Shown here piece after piece: positions 63,529 to 64,000 of a stretch of DNA of 64,000 nt; the first letter of the stretch is position 1; each line of letters begins with the position of its first letter. This DNA is from Candidatus Limiplasma sp. Its GTDB lineage: Bacteria > Bacillota > Clostridia > Christensenellales > Aristaeellaceae. The translations under genes were made by a program, and so were the position numbers. The stretch is taken from NCBI GenBank assembly GCA_035399245.1, contig DAOPIR010000001.1, positions 1,116-65,115 of the forward strand, given 5' to 3'. The notes under the pieces are model-generated. The model saw only the letters and a list, made by a program, of their open reading frames with translations, was not told where the DNA came from and did not search any database.

Positions 63529-64000
63529 TGAAATGGACGCGCATCCTGTTATGGGTGATTTTGGCGCTGGCCTGCGTGGGAATCGCAATCCTGCTGCCGC
63601 GCACCCTGAGCACATATCAAACGCTGGAAACCGAGCGCAACGCCACACCGACCCCGACCGCAAACATCGCCAGCATGCTCGACGTGACCATTGATCCCAA
63701 CAACACGCCTACACCCACCGCCATGGTGCTCAAGCGCGGCATGGAAAGCGACGATGTAACCACGCTGCAGCAGGCGCTGAAGGATCTAGGGTATTACGAC
63801 GGCGTGGTGGACGGCCAGTTTGGCGACGGCACGGCCGAGGCCGTGAAGCTGTTCCAATCCCAGGCCGGACTGGACGCCGACGGCTTGGCCGGCGAGGCGA
63901 CGCTGACGCTGCTGTACTCCGGCAGCGCGCAGACCTATGTGGCAACGCCCACGCCGTCGCCTACGCCGTCCGTGATCAAAAAAGGTGAGGACTCCGACCG
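63528..64000 (+). CDS. Membrane-anchored peptidoglycan-binding (PG_binding_1) domain protein, 5' part (runs off the right edge)
   Basis: Own translation: MKWTRILLWVILALACVGIAILL..., then TP-rich linkers and LQQALKDLGYYDGVVDGQFGDGTAEAVKLFQSQAGLDADGLAG. The ATG overlaps the upstream stop (TGATG). Not in the ORF track because there is no stop in the window. Confidence 0.75.
   Translation, partial: MKWTRILLWVILALACVGIAILLPRTLSTYQTLETERNATPTPTANIASMLDVTIDPNNTPTPTAMVLKRGMESDDVTTLQQALKDLGYYDGVVDGQFGDGTAEAVKLFQSQAGLDADGLAGEATLTLLYSGSAQTYVATPTPSPTPSVIKKGEDSD

Noticed and set aside
1-64000. CRISPR arrays, transposases, integrases, prophage genes, rRNA
   Set aside because: A read-through found no regularly spaced direct repeats. 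No ORF carries DDE transposase, tyrosine or serine recombinase, capsid, or terminase motifs, and there are no rRNA-like segments. Absence is judged by eye only.

Overview
High-GC window (about 60% or more by eye, not computed) with strong GGAGG-type ribosome-binding sites and many 4-nt ATGA start/stop overlaps. This fits a high-GC Clostridia (Oscillospirales-like) chromosome, which is inference only. I call about 58 protein genes, one tRNA-Arg(UCG), several intrinsic terminators and several near-consensus sigma70 promoters with palindromic operators. I found no rRNA, CRISPR array, transposase, integrase or phage genes. Content is mostly chromosomal housekeeping and accessory metabolism: prmC/DUF1385/gpsA; a mannoside module (epimerase, LacI, GH130 phosphorylase, esterase); a class III ribonucleotide reductase gene that ends before its glycyl-radical domain; an hslO-led string of TPR/HEAT/HD/zinc-ribbon genes; four ABC exporter sets with TetR or GntR regulators; four large polytopic membrane proteins, two of them a divergent paralog pair; a MoxR-DUF58-DUF4129 triad; an LCP protein; two GGDEF cyclases; tag-dut; and a TPM-domain cluster. 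The best candidate for an uncharacterised system is a 703-aa KAP-family P-loop NTPase (30225-32336). It has no transmembrane insert, carries a poly-Lys/Arg tract between Walker A and B, and is packed in one gene string with two ABC exporters, a double GNAT and a SAM methyltransferase. Other items worth a second look are the truncated nrdD and a roughly 170-nt nested-hairpin noncoding element at 61241-61412. All family calls come from motif recognition by eye, with no searches run. Many long ORFs in the track are antisense artefacts of high GC and were rejected.
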